NCBI GenBank assembly: GCA_026391795.1
Contig: JAPLDI010000015.1
Span: forward strand, 68,557-132,556
Direction: 5' to 3'
Origin: Bacteroidota bacterium
GTDB taxonomy: Bacteria; Bacteroidota; Bacteroidia; Bacteroidales; FEN-979
DNA: 64,000 nucleotides
The translations under genes were made by a program, and so were the position numbers. This document shows positions 45,033-56,016 of this stretch, piece after piece. Every line of letters starts with the position of its first letter. Position 1 is the first letter of the stretch. Below the pieces are notes generated by a model. That model was not told where the DNA came from and ran no database searches. It was given only the letters and a program-made list of their open reading frames with translations.

Positions 45033-45698
45033 GTGACCAAAAAAAAGCTGATTCACTTCCGGGAAAATCTCACATTTCCGCATCTCTTCCAACCCGGTTA
45101 TTCTGAAATTGAAAAGGATTTTCATTATTCTTCCTGCTGGAAAAGGGATTTCTTCCACAATGACAACCCGATCATCCTTGAACTCGGTTGCGGGAAAGGT
45201 GAGTACACAGTAGGCCTGGCAGAGAAATATCCCGAAAAAAATTTTATCGGCATCGATTTTAAAGGTGCACGATTGTGGCGGGGATCGAAAACAGTGAAGG
45301 AAAAAGAACTTAAAAATGTCGCATTTATAAGAACCCAGGTTGACCATGTGATTAAGTTTTTTGGTCCGGGAGAAATTTCCGAAATATGGATTACTTTTCC
45401 GGATCCTCAGCCAAACAAGGAGAGAAAACGATTGACGGCACCGGTATTTCTTGACCGATACCGGAACCTGCTTGGCCCTGACGGCATTATCCACCTGAAA
45501 ACCGATGACCTGGATTTCTACACTTACACCCTTAAAATCATCGGACAGGAAAATCATTCAACCTTATTTTCCACTACAGACCTTTATCATTCAGGGTTTT
45601 CAGAAGATGTAATATCCATTCGTACCTATTATGAAAACAGATGGCTGGAGCTTGGCAAAAATATATGTTATATCAAGTTTAAACTCAATTGCACATGA
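45033..45698 (+). CDS. trmB: tRNA (guanine46-N7)-methyltransferase
   Basis: LELGCGKGEYT SAM motif, ITFPDPQPNK, and LKTDD. GTG start. Confidence 0.9.
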   Translation: MTKKKLIHFRENLTFPHLFQPGYSEIEKDFHYSSCWKRDFFHNDNPIILELGCGKGEYTVGLAEKYPEKNFIGIDFKGARLWRGSKTVKEKELKNVAFIRTQVDHVIKFFGPGEISEIWITFPDPQPNKERKRLTAPVFLDRYRNLLGPDGIIHLKTDDLDFYTYTLKIIGQENHSTLFSTTDLYHSGFSEDVISIRTYYENRWLELGKNICYIKFKLNCT

Positions 45699-47878
45699 GA
45701 AAAAGGATTTTTTTCATTTTGCTGGCGATAAACTTTGCCGTTTCCCTCAGGGCTGAAGAGGGAATGTGGATCCCGATTTTACTGCAGCAACTGAATATTA
45801 AACAGATGCAGGACATGGGACTGAAACTTTCAGCAGAAGAGATCTACAGTATAAACCATTCTTCCCTGAAAGATGCAATTGTTCAGTTCGGGGGCGGTTG
45901 TACAGCCGAGATCGTCTCTCCGAACGGACTGATCCTGACGAATCACCATTGCGGACTCGGATCCATTCAGCGGCTTAGCAGTCCGCAGCACGATTACCTG
46001 GCTGATGGTTTCTGGGCAAACTCCCTGGGCGATGAGCTCCCCTGTCCCGGACTGACAGTCACGCTCTTAATCAGGATGGAAGAGGTGACCGGGAAAGTCC
46101 TTGACAAGGTGACCGATGCGATGCCGGAATTCCAAAGGGCCCAGATCATCAAACAAAACATTGCCGGAATTGAAAAGGAAGCCGCTGCAGGTACTTCCTA
46201 TGAGGCAAAGGTCAGGGCGTTCTATTATGGAAACCAGTATTACCTCTTTGTTGCCGAGGTATTCAAAGATATCCGGCTGGTTGGGGCGCCCCCTTCAGGT
46301 ATCGGGCAATTCGGCGGGGATACCGATAACTGGATGTGGCCTCGTCACGGAGGTGACTTCTCGGTTTTCCGGATCTACACGGATAGCAATAACCACGCTG
46401 CCGAATATTCAAAAAACAACATTCCCTATCATCCCAGGAAATTTCTGCCCATCTCCCTGAGAGGTTATCAGCCCGGCGACTTCACCTTTGTTTTCGGATA
46501 CCCTGGAACCACGCGTGAGTACATGACATCTGCCGGAGTGGATCTGATTGCCAACCAGGAGAACCCTGTCCGGATCAGCCTGCGTCAGCAGCGCCTCGAT
46601 ATCATCAACAAGGAGATGAATGAAAACAAGCAGGTCAGGATTCAATATACTTCCAAGCACCAGGGTATTGCCAATGGCTGGAAAAAAATGATCGGCGAAA
46701 CAGATGGGATCAGAAAAACCGGCGCCCTCGAAAAGAAAAAAGCATTTGAAGTAAAATTCCAGACCTGGGCGGATTCGTTATCCGGTGTACACCCGCAGGC
46801 AGGCGTCAGTCAGCCATCACCCTATGGCACTCTTCTCAGGGAATTCGACAAGCTTTACGAGGCTTACAAACCCATTGATATTGCCTCCGTCTACCTGATT
46901 GAAGCCGGAATGGGAATCGAGATCGTAAGGTTTACCAGCCCGTTTATGGATCTGGTGAAACAAAGCAAAGACAAAAACGCAAAGCCTGAAGATATAAGCA
47001 AATCGGTTCAAAAGCTGAGGAAAGGAGCGCAGGGCTTCTATAAGGATTATCAAACGTCCATTGACAGACAGGTTTTCATCGCAATGTTAAAATCCATGAT
47101 GGAGAAGATGGATAAAAAATTCCAGCCACCTGCCATTCTGGATCTGGAAAAGAGATATAAAAATGATTATTCCGGGATTACGCAGGAGTTGTTTGACCGG
47201 TCCCTGATGCCTGATTCTGCTAAACTATTCCGTTTGCTTAAAGCCTATAAGGCGTCCGATTATAAAAAACTCGAGAAGGATCCGCTTTACAAGATGGTAG
47301 AAAGCATTTACGACCAGTATTCAAAAGAGATAATCCCGCTGTCGCAGAAATTCAATGCAAAAATTGACAGCATGCAACGGATTTATATGGCCGGCCAAAT
47401 GGAAATGGGAAAAAGCAGACTCTATCCGGATGCGAATTCCACTCTTCGTATTACCTATGGGAAAGTGAGGGGATTCCAACCCTGCGATGCAGTCAGCTAC
47501 AACTATTTTACTACCACAAAAGGGATCCTCGAAAAAGAAGATCCTTCCATCTACGATTATGCCATTCATCCAAAATTGAAACAGCTTTTAACAAGCAAGG
47601 ATTTTGGCCGGTACAGCGACAAGGATGGGTCGCTGCATGTTGCATTTATTGCGACCAATCATACCACCGGCGGAAATTCGGGCAGTCCTGTTCTGGATGC
47701 AAACGGTTACCTGCTCGGGCTGAATTTTGACCGCAACTGGGAAGGGACGATGAGCGACCTGATCTATGATCCTGACCTGTGCAGGAACATCACGCTGGAT
47801 ATCCGTTATTGCCTGTTTATTATTGATAAGTTTGCCGGAGCACAGCGGATCATTGATGAAATGAAAATAATGAACTGA
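45695..47878 (+). CDS. S46 family dipeptidyl-peptidase (DPP7/DPP11-like)
   Basis: Signal peptide then EEGMWIP, catalytic TNHHCG (His), and GGNSGSPV (Ser). The ATG at 45695 overlaps the trmB TGA (ATGA). Confidence 0.88.
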   Translation: MRKRIFFILLAINFAVSLRAEEGMWIPILLQQLNIKQMQDMGLKLSAEEIYSINHSSLKDAIVQFGGGCTAEIVSPNGLILTNHHCGLGSIQRLSSPQHDYLADGFWANSLGDELPCPGLTVTLLIRMEEVTGKVLDKVTDAMPEFQRAQIIKQNIAGIEKEAAAGTSYEAKVRAFYYGNQYYLFVAEVFKDIRLVGAPPSGIGQFGGDTDNWMWPRHGGDFSVFRIYTDSNNHAAEYSKNNIPYHPRKFLPISLRGYQPGDFTFVFGYPGTTREYMTSAGVDLIANQENPVRISLRQQRLDIINKEMNENKQVRIQYTSKHQGIANGWKKMIGETDGIRKTGALEKKKAFEVKFQTWADSLSGVHPQAGVSQPSPYGTLLREFDKLYEAYKPIDIASVYLIEAGMGIEIVRFTSPFMDLVKQSKDKNAKPEDISKSVQKLRKGAQGFYKDYQTSIDRQVFIAMLKSMMEKMDKKFQPPAILDLEKRYKNDYSGITQELFDRSLMPDSAKLFRLLKAYKASDYKKLEKDPLYKMVESIYDQYSKEIIPLSQKFNAKIDSMQRIYMAGQMEMGKSRLYPDANSTLRITYGKVRGFQPCDAVSYNYFTTTKGILEKEDPSIYDYAIHPKLKQLLTSKDFGRYSDKDGSLHVAFIATNHTTGGNSGSPVLDANGYLLGLNFDRNWEGTMSDLIYDPDLCRNITLDIRYCLFIIDKFAGAQRIIDEMKIMN

Positions 47879-47890
47879 GGCGGTTTCGAT

Positions 47891-48751
47891 TCAGACCCTG
47901 TAAAGATTCAACAGAGCCTTTTCAATGGTGGGGAACTCAAATTCAAAGCCGTTCCTGAGTAATTTTTCAGGGATCACATTTTGACCTTCGATCAGTGTGG
48001 ATGAGGCCTCGCCGTAAATCAATTTCAAAACGGATACCGGAATTTTTAAAAGGGTAATCTGTTGCAGGACTTTCCCGAAGGTTTTGGTGAAATGCAGATT
48101 GGTGACAGGGTTCGGTGCAACAGCATTCACAATACCTTCGATATTTTCATTTTCAACGATCGTTTGATAAATATGCATCAGGTCACGGATGTGAATCCAG
48201 GAAAAAGGTTGGTCTCCTCGTCCGATAATGCCTCCCAGTCCGAAGCTGAATGGGCCATGCGCAGCTTTCAGGGCCCCGCCTTTTGCACTGAGGACAACAC
48301 CGGTACGCAACAAAATTACACGGGTATGACCGGCAGCTTTTAAGGCTTCTGCTTCCCAGTCACGGCAAAGCTTCCCGAGAAAATTATCCGCAAACAGGTT
48401 GCTCTCCTCATTATGAACAGCAAAGGTGTCGTAAATCCCGATGGCAGAATTGGAAATAAAAACCCGGGGTTTGACTTTTGCCTTTGCGATCGCCTCTGCG
48501 ATCTTGCGTGTTGTAAGAATACGGCTGTCATAAATTTCCTTGCGGTAATTGTCTGTCCATTTTTTTAAAATGGGGGCGCCGGCCAGGTTGATCACGACAT
48601 CGGCCCTTTCAATCATCTTTTCGCAGAATTCATGATCCGGCAACCGGAGGGCATCCCGGCTTATGATCCGGAAAGACCATCCTTTACTGCTGAATGTATC
48701 AATCAGTTCACGCCCGATCAATCCGGTGGATCCGCATATACTTACCTGCAT
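47891..48751 (-). CDS. TIGR01777/YfcH-like NAD-dependent epimerase family protein
   Basis: GSTGLIG Rossmann motif and a C-terminal DUF1731-like PEKLLRNGFEFEFP motif. Confidence 0.75.
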   Translation of the reverse strand: MQVSICGSTGLIGRELIDTFSSKGWSFRIISRDALRLPDHEFCEKMIERADVVINLAGAPILKKWTDNYRKEIYDSRILTTRKIAEAIAKAKVKPRVFISNSAIGIYDTFAVHNEESNLFADNFLGKLCRDWEAEALKAAGHTRVILLRTGVVLSAKGGALKAAHGPFSFGLGGIIGRGDQPFSWIHIRDLMHIYQTIVENENIEGIVNAVAPNPVTNLHFTKTFGKVLQQITLLKIPVSVLKLIYGEASSTLIEGQNVIPEKLLRNGFEFEFPTIEKALLNLYRV

Positions 48752-48843
48752 AAAACATCCTAATTTACTCGTAAATATACGAACAAATGATTAATTTTGT
48801 TGTTCTTTCACGATCGAACTCTAACCTGCTACCATCCTGTATT

Positions 48844-50730
48844 ATGGAAAAGAAAGATAAAAACGAAAAGCTGTTTTCGGAGTTTCCACCGGTTTCAACT
48901 TCCAAATGGGAAGAAAAGATTAAAGCCGACCTCAAAGGCGACGATTATGAAAAAAAGCTGATCTGGAAAACCGATGAAGGTTTTAGCGTCAAGCCCTATT
49001 ACCGTGCTGAAGACCTTGATGGTCTAAAATACCTTTCCGGACTTCCTGCTGAGAGACCATTTGTGAGGGGTGTGAAAACCGATAAGAATGACTGGATCAT
49101 TCGCCAGGATATATTTACGACGGATATTGCAGCAGCAAACCGGATCGCACTGGAGGCGATCGGCCATGGGGCAAACGAAGTGGGCCTGAATGTCCGGGAA
49201 GTTACTTCGCATAAGCAGATGCAACAGCTTCTTGCGGGAATTGATTTAAAAAAGACCGGGATCAATTTCATTTCCTCCCGTTCGTACCCGCTTACACTCG
49301 AACTTTTCCTGTATGAGATCGCCGACCGGAGACTTGAAGGAATAACTCTGGCCGGTTCACTCAATTTCGACCTGATCAGTTTCCTGCTGCTGCACGGTGA
49401 CTTCTATCAATCCGAACAGGGTAACCTGGATGAAGCGGAATACCTTGTCAGGACGATCGGCAAGCGCTTACCCGGGTTTCATGCCATCACTGTAAATGGT
49501 CATCTTTATCAAAATGCAGGTGCCACGCTTGTTCAGGAACTGGCCTTCAGCCTGGCATCCGGAAATGAATACCTGGCTGATCTTACTTCCAAGGGATTAC
49601 CTGCCGACAGCATTGCTGCCTGCCTCAGGTTTTCATTTGCCACCGGCTCAAATTATTTTATGGAGATCGCCAAGTTAAGAGCCGCCAGGTGGTTATGGGC
49701 TGTAATTGTTGAGCAGTACAAACCGGAAGACCCGAAGAGCCTGAAGATGTTCATCCATGCGACTACTTCTCTCTGGAATAAGACGCTCTATGATCCTTAT
49801 GTAAATCTTCTTCGCACAACCACCGAAGGAATGTCGGCGGTTATCGGGAATACCGACTCCCTGTCGGTTCTTCCTTTTGATATCCCGTTCGGGGAAGATC
49901 ATGATTTTTCGAGGCATATTGCGCGTAACCAGCAGCTGATCCTGAAGGAGGAAGCCTACCTTGACAAGGTGGTTGATCCTGCCGGGGGCTCCTATTATAT
50001 TGAAAACCTTACGCATTCCATTGCCATGAATGCCTGGAACTTATTCAGGGAGATTGAGGGAAAAGGAGGGCTGACCCAATGCATCAAATCGGGTTTTATC
50101 CAGGATGAAGTTGAAAAATCAAGCCGGAAAAAAGAGATGGATATTGCACAGCGTAAAATCATGGTCCTTGGAACCAACCAATATCCTAACCCGTTGGAAA
50201 ACATGTCGGGAAGTCACATAAAACTTTCCGGATCCCAACAGGATACTCCTTCGCCTTATCGAAAAATGCATATTTACCGTGGGGCACAGGCCTTTGAGTC
50301 GGTCCGGCTCGCTACCGAAAAGGCTGTTGCAGGTGGAAGGAAACAACCTGCTGTTTTCCTGCTCTCCACCGGCAATCCCGGAATGAGGAAAGCACGTGCC
50401 GCTTTTACTGCGAACTTTTTCGGATGCGCAGGATACGAGATCATCGATAATGCCGGATTTGATACTGTGCAGGAAGGCGTGAATGCAGCCCTGGCCTCAA
50501 AGGCGGAGATCGTTGTTGTTTGCAGCTCTGATGAGGATTACGCCACCGTGGTACCTGAAGCCTGCAAGGGTATCCGGTCGGTGAACAAAGAGGTGATGAT
50601 GATTGTGGCGGGTTACCCTAAAGAGATTGTGGAAATGCTGAAATCAAGCGGGGCCGATGATTTTATTCACCTGCGGACCAATGTTCTCGAATTTCTTGTG
50701 AACATTCAGAAAAAATTTGGGATCCTTTAA
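48844..50730 (+). CDS. mutA: methylmalonyl-CoA mutase small (beta) subunit
   Basis: Paralogous to the downstream large subunit ([14 protein letters not shown]) but lacks the DxHxxG cobalamin His. ATG at 48844 is preferred. Confidence 0.85.
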   Translation: MEKKDKNEKLFSEFPPVSTSKWEEKIKADLKGDDYEKKLIWKTDEGFSVKPYYRAEDLDGLKYLSGLPAERPFVRGVKTDKNDWIIRQDIFTTDIAAANRIALEAIGHGANEVGLNVREVTSHKQMQQLLAGIDLKKTGINFISSRSYPLTLELFLYEIADRRLEGITLAGSLNFDLISFLLLHGDFYQSEQGNLDEAEYLVRTIGKRLPGFHAITVNGHLYQNAGATLVQELAFSLASGNEYLADLTSKGLPADSIAACLRFSFATGSNYFMEIAKLRAARWLWAVIVEQYKPEDPKSLKMFIHATTSLWNKTLYDPYVNLLRTTTEGMSAVIGNTDSLSVLPFDIPFGEDHDFSRHIARNQQLILKEEAYLDKVVDPAGGSYYIENLTHSIAMNAWNLFREIEGKGGLTQCIKSGFIQDEVEKSSRKKEMDIAQRKIMVLGTNQYPNPLENMSGSHIKLSGSQQDTPSPYRKMHIYRGAQAFESVRLATEKAVAGGRKQPAVFLLSTGNPGMRKARAAFTANFFGCAGYEIIDNAGFDTVQEGVNAALASKAEIVVVCSSDEDYATVVPEACKGIRSVNKEVMMIVAGYPKEIVEMLKSSGADDFIHLRTNVLEFLVNIQKKFGIL

Positions 50731-50777
50731 AATTTAAACATTCTGTTTACCTGAAAAGCTAAAGCATAACTACTTGT

Positions 50778-52931
50778 ATGAGACCTGATTTTAAAAATGT
50801 CGACTTCATGAGGCTCACTGCTTCCGGTCAGTCTATCCCTGACAAGAAAGATGTAAGTGAAATCCGGAAGGATTGGATCACTCCGGAAAAGATCCCTGTG
50901 AAACCTTTTTATGGAAGTGAAGACCTTGAAGCGATGGAGCACCTCGCATATGCAGCAGGCCTTCCTCCCTTCCTGCGGGGTCCCTATTCGACCATGTATG
51001 TGATGAATCCCTGGACCATACGGCAGTATGCAGGTTTTTCAACGGCGGAAGAGTCCAATGCGTTTTACCGCCGAAATCTTGCTGCAGGTCAGAAAGGCCT
51101 TTCTGTTGCTTTTGATCTGGCCACGCACCGGGGGTATGACTCCGATCATCAGCGGGTTGAAGGTGATGTCGGAAAAGCCGGAGTTGCCATCGACTCCATC
51201 CTGGATATGAAAATCCTGTTTGACCAGATCCCGCTCGATAAGATGTCGGTTTCGATGACCATGAACGGTGCGGTTCTCCCTGTGCTGGCGTTTTATGTGG
51301 TAGCCGCCGAGGAGCAAGGGGTTCCGATGGAATGCCTGGCGGGTACGATCCAGAATGATATTCTGAAAGAGTTTATGGTGCGGAACACCTATATCTATCC
51401 GCCCATTCCCTCTATGAAGATCATTGCCGACATCTTTGAGTTTACGGCTAAAAAGATGCCCAGGTTCAATTCGATCAGCATCAGTGGGTATCACATGCAG
51501 GAAGCCGGTGCAACAGCCGATATAGAGCTCGCCTATACGCTGGCAGACGGACTTGAATACTTGCGGGCGGGTATCAATGCAGGGATGGACATCGATTCAT
51601 TTGCTCCCCGGATCTCTTTTTTCTGGGGTGTGGGAATGAACCATTTTATGGAGATCGCTAAACTGCGTGCGGCCCGGCTGCTCTGGGCCAAGATCGTGAA
51701 GCAATTCAATCCGAAGAATCCGAAGTCGATGGCATTGCGCACCCATTGTCAGACCTCAGGCTGGAGCCTCACCGAACAAGATCCTTTCAATAATGTTACA
51801 CGCACTTGCGTGGAAGCTCTGGCAGCCGCACTCGGTCACACGCAATCTCTGCACACAAATTCCCTGGATGAGGCCATTGCACTGCCAACTGATTTCTCGG
51901 CCCGGATTGCCCGGAATACACAGCTCTACCTGCAGGAAGAAACGAACATCTGCAGATCGCTCGATCCCTGGGCGGGATCCTACTACCTCGAGTTTCTGAC
52001 CCATGAGATTGCCCATAAAGCCTGGACACTGATTGAGGAAGTGGAGGCGCTGGGAGGCATGGCCAAAGCCATTGAGACCGGGGTTCCCAAAATGCGCATC
52101 GAAGAAGCTTCGGCCCGCAAACAATCCCGAATCGATTCGGGAAAGGACAAGATCATCGGCGTTAATGAATTCCGCCTGGAAAAAGAGGCGCCCATCGAGA
52201 TCCTGGAAGTTGACAACAGTGCTGTAAGGGAATCGCAGATCGTGCGACTGAAGAAATTGAAGAAAGAAAGAAATACAGCGGAGGTGCAAAAAGCCCTGGA
52301 TGCATTGACAGCGTCGGCCGAGACCGGAGAAGGGAACCTTCTTGCACTTGCCATTGATGCTGCCCGCAAAAGGGCTACCCTGGGCGAAATCTCATTTGCA
52401 CTGGAAAAAATTTACGGGAGGTACAAAGCTGTGATACGATCTATATCAGGTGTCTATTCCTCGGAAGCCGGGGATAGTGACAATTTCAAAAAGGCCCGGG
52501 AACTGGCCGATAAATTTGCGACGATGGAAGGACGGCGTCCGCGGATCATGATTGCAAAAATGGGTCAGGACGGGCATGACCGTGGAGCAAAGGTAGTTGC
52601 CACCGGGTATGCCGATATCGGATTTGATGTGGATATCGGCCCGCTTTTCCAGACTCCGGCAGAGGCAGCTAAACAGGCTGTCGAAAATGATGTCCATATA
52701 CTGGGCGTGTCCAGCCTGGCTGCAGGACATAAGACACTGGTCCCCCAGGTCATCGAAGAACTGAAAAACCTCGGAAGGGAAGACATCCTGGTCGTCGTGG
52801 GCGGCGTGATCCCTCCGCAGGACTACGACTTCCTCTACCGGTCAGGTGCAATTGCGATATTCGGACCCGGTACCGTGATTTCCGATGCAGCAATCAAACT
52901 GCTTGAGATCCTCATCGAGAGCAGGAAATAA
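50778..52931 (+). CDS. mutB: methylmalonyl-CoA mutase large (alpha) subunit
   Basis: 717 aa. [31 protein letters not shown], and the B12-binding [11 protein letters not shown] motif. Confidence 0.95.
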   Translation: MRPDFKNVDFMRLTASGQSIPDKKDVSEIRKDWITPEKIPVKPFYGSEDLEAMEHLAYAAGLPPFLRGPYSTMYVMNPWTIRQYAGFSTAEESNAFYRRNLAAGQKGLSVAFDLATHRGYDSDHQRVEGDVGKAGVAIDSILDMKILFDQIPLDKMSVSMTMNGAVLPVLAFYVVAAEEQGVPMECLAGTIQNDILKEFMVRNTYIYPPIPSMKIIADIFEFTAKKMPRFNSISISGYHMQEAGATADIELAYTLADGLEYLRAGINAGMDIDSFAPRISFFWGVGMNHFMEIAKLRAARLLWAKIVKQFNPKNPKSMALRTHCQTSGWSLTEQDPFNNVTRTCVEALAAALGHTQSLHTNSLDEAIALPTDFSARIARNTQLYLQEETNICRSLDPWAGSYYLEFLTHEIAHKAWTLIEEVEALGGMAKAIETGVPKMRIEEASARKQSRIDSGKDKIIGVNEFRLEKEAPIEILEVDNSAVRESQIVRLKKLKKERNTAEVQKALDALTASAETGEGNLLALAIDAARKRATLGEISFALEKIYGRYKAVIRSISGVYSSEAGDSDNFKKARELADKFATMEGRRPRIMIAKMGQDGHDRGAKVVATGYADIGFDVDIGPLFQTPAEAAKQAVENDVHILGVSSLAAGHKTLVPQVIEELKNLGREDILVVVGGVIPPQDYDFLYRSGAIAIFGPGTVISDAAIKLLEILIESRK

Positions 52932-52934
52932 TCC

Positions 52935-54161
52935 ATGGAACTCCAAACCCATACGCTGCCAAACGGGATCCGGCTCGTCCATCAGTCCGTTCCTTCGAAA
53001 GTGGCACATATCGGCATGTTCATCAATGCCGGTACCCGTGATGAGAATGACCGGGAACACGGGATTGCCCATTTCATTGAACATACCATTTTCAAAGGCA
53101 CTGAGAAACGGAATGTTTACCAGGTGCTCAACCGGCTCGAGAACGTGGGAGCTGACCTGAATGCCTATACCTCCAAGGAAGAGACCTGTATTTATGCCAC
53201 GTTCCTGAATGAATATTATGACCGGACGCTTGAGCTTTTCCAGGACATCCTGTTTCATCCGACTTTTCCTGAAAAGGAACTTGAGAAAGAGAAACAGGTT
53301 GTGATGGATGAGATCCGCTCATACCAGGATAACCCTGCAGACCAGATCTTTGATGACTTTGAGGATCTTGTTTTTGCAGGCCATCCCCTGGGAAAAAACA
53401 TCCTCGGAACAGTGAAGAGCCTAAAACATTTTTCACGTGAAGACCTGCTGGGGTTTATCAGGAGAAATTACTGCCCTGAAGAGATCGTGGTTGTTTCGGT
53501 TGGGAATGTTGAATTTCCAAAGCTGTTGCGATTGGTCACGAAATATTTCAGCCAGACTCCTGAACGTAGGAAACCTGTTCCCAGGCTGCCATTTGAGGGT
53601 TACGAAGTTGTCACCCGGTTGCAAAAGAAAAAGACATTCATGGTTCATTGCATGGTGGGTTGTCCCGGGTATTCCTTCAGCGATGAACGCCGGATCCCCC
53701 TGGCACTTCTGAACAACATGCTGGGAGGACCGATCCTGAACTCGCGTTTATCTCTTGCACTTCGGGAACGGAACGGACTTACGTATCATAACGAATCCAA
53801 CTACACTGCATACTCCGACGCCGGTATCGTAAGCATTTATTTCGGGACCGATCCGGCTCAGTATGAAAAAGCTCTTGAAATAGTTCACCAGGAACTTGCC
53901 CGGATCCGGAATCAGAAACTGACAACCCTGCAGCTTCACACGATTCAGAAACAGCTGACCGGTCAGTTGGCCATCGCACAGGAATCGAACCTGGGACTGA
54001 TGCTCTCCATGGGCAAGAATTTTCTTCTCCAGGACAAGTTCGATTCTCTTGAAACAATCATTTCAAAAATAAACGATTCATCAGCAGAGGAGTTGCTTGA
54101 AATTGCCAATGATATTTTTGATCCGGTAAAACTCAGTATGCTGACGTTCCAGGTCAGATAG
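52935..54161 (+). CDS. M16 family (pitrilysin-like) zinc peptidase
   Basis: Inverted zinc motif HFIEH (GIAHFIEHTIFKGT) and a downstream E. 408 aa. Confidence 0.85.
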   Translation: MELQTHTLPNGIRLVHQSVPSKVAHIGMFINAGTRDENDREHGIAHFIEHTIFKGTEKRNVYQVLNRLENVGADLNAYTSKEETCIYATFLNEYYDRTLELFQDILFHPTFPEKELEKEKQVVMDEIRSYQDNPADQIFDDFEDLVFAGHPLGKNILGTVKSLKHFSREDLLGFIRRNYCPEEIVVVSVGNVEFPKLLRLVTKYFSQTPERRKPVPRLPFEGYEVVTRLQKKKTFMVHCMVGCPGYSFSDERRIPLALLNNMLGGPILNSRLSLALRERNGLTYHNESNYTAYSDAGIVSIYFGTDPAQYEKALEIVHQELARIRNQKLTTLQLHTIQKQLTGQLAIAQESNLGLMLSMGKNFLLQDKFDSLETIISKINDSSAEELLEIANDIFDPVKLSMLTFQVR

Positions 54162-54193
54162 CGTTTTCATTGATTCATTCAGATCCAATTCCC

Positions 54194-54841
54194 ATGAATT
54201 CAGATGAGCTTTTTGAATATGCCGAACAACATTCCACACCTGAATTTCCGGTGCTGGAGAAACTGAACCGCGAAACTCACCTTACACAGGTGTACCCTCG
54301 CATGCTGGCAGGTCACATGCAGGGGATGCTGCTCAGAATGATCAGCCAGATGATCAGCCCCGAAAGAATTCTCGAGATCGGTACCTTTACCGGCTATTCA
54401 GCCATCAACCTTGCCGCGGGACTCCGTTCGTCTTCATCGGGGGAAGGGATTCTTCATACGATCGAAGTTGATCCCGAGTTGGAGGATACCATCCGGAAAT
54501 ATTTTTCGGAAGCAGGAATCGAAAGAAAAGTGACCCTTCATATCGGCCAGGCTGCCGATATCATTCCAACACTCAATGAAACCTGGGACCTGGTCTATAT
54601 TGATGCTGACAAACCCAGCTACCTGAATTACTATAACCTGGTCTTCGACCATGTAAGACCGGGAGGCTTCATCCTTGCCGACAACGCATTATGGGACGGG
54701 AAGGTCCTGGAAACGAATCCCCGGAGCCGGGATACACAGGGGATCATTGAATTCAATGAGTTTGTCTCCGTAGACGACAGGGTTGAGAATCTGCTTCTGT
54801 CGTTCAGGGACGGATTGATGATCGTTCGAAAGAATGCTTAA
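54194..54841 (+). CDS. class I SAM-dependent O-methyltransferase (caffeoyl-CoA OMT-like)
   Basis: LEIGTFTGYSA SAM motif, DLVYIDADK, and ADNALW metal/substrate motifs. The track ORF starts at TTG 54170. Confidence 0.82.
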   Translation: MNSDELFEYAEQHSTPEFPVLEKLNRETHLTQVYPRMLAGHMQGMLLRMISQMISPERILEIGTFTGYSAINLAAGLRSSSSGEGILHTIEVDPELEDTIRKYFSEAGIERKVTLHIGQAADIIPTLNETWDLVYIDADKPSYLNYYNLVFDHVRPGGFILADNALWDGKVLETNPRSRDTQGIIEFNEFVSVDDRVENLLLSFRDGLMIVRKNA

Positions 54842-54863
54842 ATGCACAAACTGTCTGGAAATT

Positions 54864-55370
54864 TTACCCTGCCTTGAATTCGTACTTGACCTTCGATAAT
54901 TCCTCGTTCGCCTTCACTACTTTGGTTTTTAGATCTTCCTTGAAGGCAATCATCTTTGTATGCAGCTCGGGATCGGAGGTTGCCAGGATCTCGGTTGCCA
55001 GGATTGCAGCATTCTGAGCCCCATTAATGCCGACTGTGGCAACAGGGATACCGGGAGGCATCTGAACTATCGCCAGCAAGGCATCAAGCCCTTCGAGCGA
55101 AGCTTTGATCGGAACCCCGATCACCGGCAAAGTTGTCATGGCCGCAATAACACCCGGGAGGTGAGCAGCCATTCCTGCAGCAGCTATGATGACACGGATG
55201 CCCCTTTTATGGGCATTCCTGGCAAACTCTTCAACTTTCTCGGGTGTGCGGTGTGCCGAAAGGGCGTTCATCTCAAACGGTATCTTCATCTCATTCAGGA
55301 ATTTGGCCGCCGCTTCCATCACCGGAAGATCGGATGTACTGCCCATGATAATGCTGACTTTTGGTTCCAT
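54864..55370 (-). CDS. purE: 5-(carboxyamino)imidazole ribonucleotide mutase
   Basis: KVSIIMGSTSD, SAHRTP, and GMAAHLPGV. ATG at 55370 is preferred over TTG at 55397. Confidence 0.92.
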   Translation of the reverse strand: MEPKVSIIMGSTSDLPVMEAAAKFLNEMKIPFEMNALSAHRTPEKVEEFARNAHKRGIRVIIAAAGMAAHLPGVIAAMTTLPVIGVPIKASLEGLDALLAIVQMPPGIPVATVGINGAQNAAILATEILATSDPELHTKMIAFKEDLKTKVVKANEELSKVKYEFKAG

Positions 55371-55375
55371 TTGCG

Positions 55376-55383
55376 TATCTTTG
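55376..55383 (+). promoter_or_regulatory. Bacteroidota -7 box TATCTTTG upstream of hpt
   Basis: Matches TAnnTTTG, 40 nt before the ATG at 55424, inside the 53-nt purE/hpt divergent spacer. Confidence 0.3.
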
Positions 55384-55394
55384 CTGGTTTCTGA

Positions 55395-55402
55395 CAAAAA
55401 TA
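55395..55402 (-). promoter_or_regulatory. Bacteroidota -7 box TATTTTTG (minus strand) upstream of purE
   Basis: The reverse complement of CAAAAATA matches TAnnTTTG, 24 nt before the purE ATG at 55370. Confidence 0.3.
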
Positions 55403-55423
55403 CATCTATTTTCGATTTTTTTT

Positions 55424-55963
55424 ATGGAGACAATAAAAGTTAAGGACAAGGAATTTGAGATCAGTATTGATGCAAACACAATTGATGCTGCGATTCAGAA
55501 GATGGCAGTTGAGATAAACCACGACTATGAAGGCAAGCATCCCTTGTTCCTCGCTGTATTGAATGGATCGTTTGTTTTTGCAGCAGATCTTATCCGCAAG
55601 ATCACCATTCCCTGTAAGATCTCTTTTGTGAAACTGTCGTCGTATTCCGGAACAGCTTCCACGGAGAATGTAAAGGAACTGATCGGACTGAGTGAAGACA
55701 TCAGGGGAAGGCATGTGATTATCGTGGAAGATATCGTAGACACGGGGCTGACACTCGACAAATTTCTTCAGGATCTTGAAAAATTATTGCCAGCAAGCGT
55801 CAAACTGGCCTGTTTCACCTTCAAAAAAGAGGCATTTAAGAAATCCTTCCGGATCGATTACCTGGGCATCACCATTCCCAATGAATTTATCGTTGGATAT
55901 GGTCTTGATTACGACGGGTATGGCCGCAATTTGCCTGATATCTACAAGATTGTTAAATCGTAA
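55424..55963 (+). CDS. hpt: hypoxanthine phosphoribosyltransferase
   Basis: PRPP motif VIIVEDIVDTGLTL and a C-terminal GYGLDY. ATG at 55424 is preferred over the track start at 55361. Confidence 0.92.
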   Translation: METIKVKDKEFEISIDANTIDAAIQKMAVEINHDYEGKHPLFLAVLNGSFVFAADLIRKITIPCKISFVKLSSYSGTASTENVKELIGLSEDIRGRHVIIVEDIVDTGLTLDKFLQDLEKLLPASVKLACFTFKKEAFKKSFRIDYLGITIPNEFIVGYGLDYDGYGRNLPDIYKIVKS

Positions 55964-55969
55964 CATATA

Positions 55970-56006
55970 ACGCGTGACGCGAAACCAATACCTAACACCT
56001 AACACC
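55970..56006. repeat. two adjacent heptamer mini-arrays (ACGCGTG/ACGCGAA, then ACCTAAC x2.4)
   Basis: Read directly in the 53-nt hpt-adk spacer. Confidence 0.7.
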
Positions 56007-56016
56007 GAATTCAACC

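Noticed and set aside
48752-48843. Possible cobalamin riboswitch ahead of the B12-dependent methylmalonyl-CoA mutase genes.
   Set aside because: The spacer is only 92 nt, has no B12-box-like conserved core and holds a plain TAATTTTG -7 box. It is too short for the aptamer.
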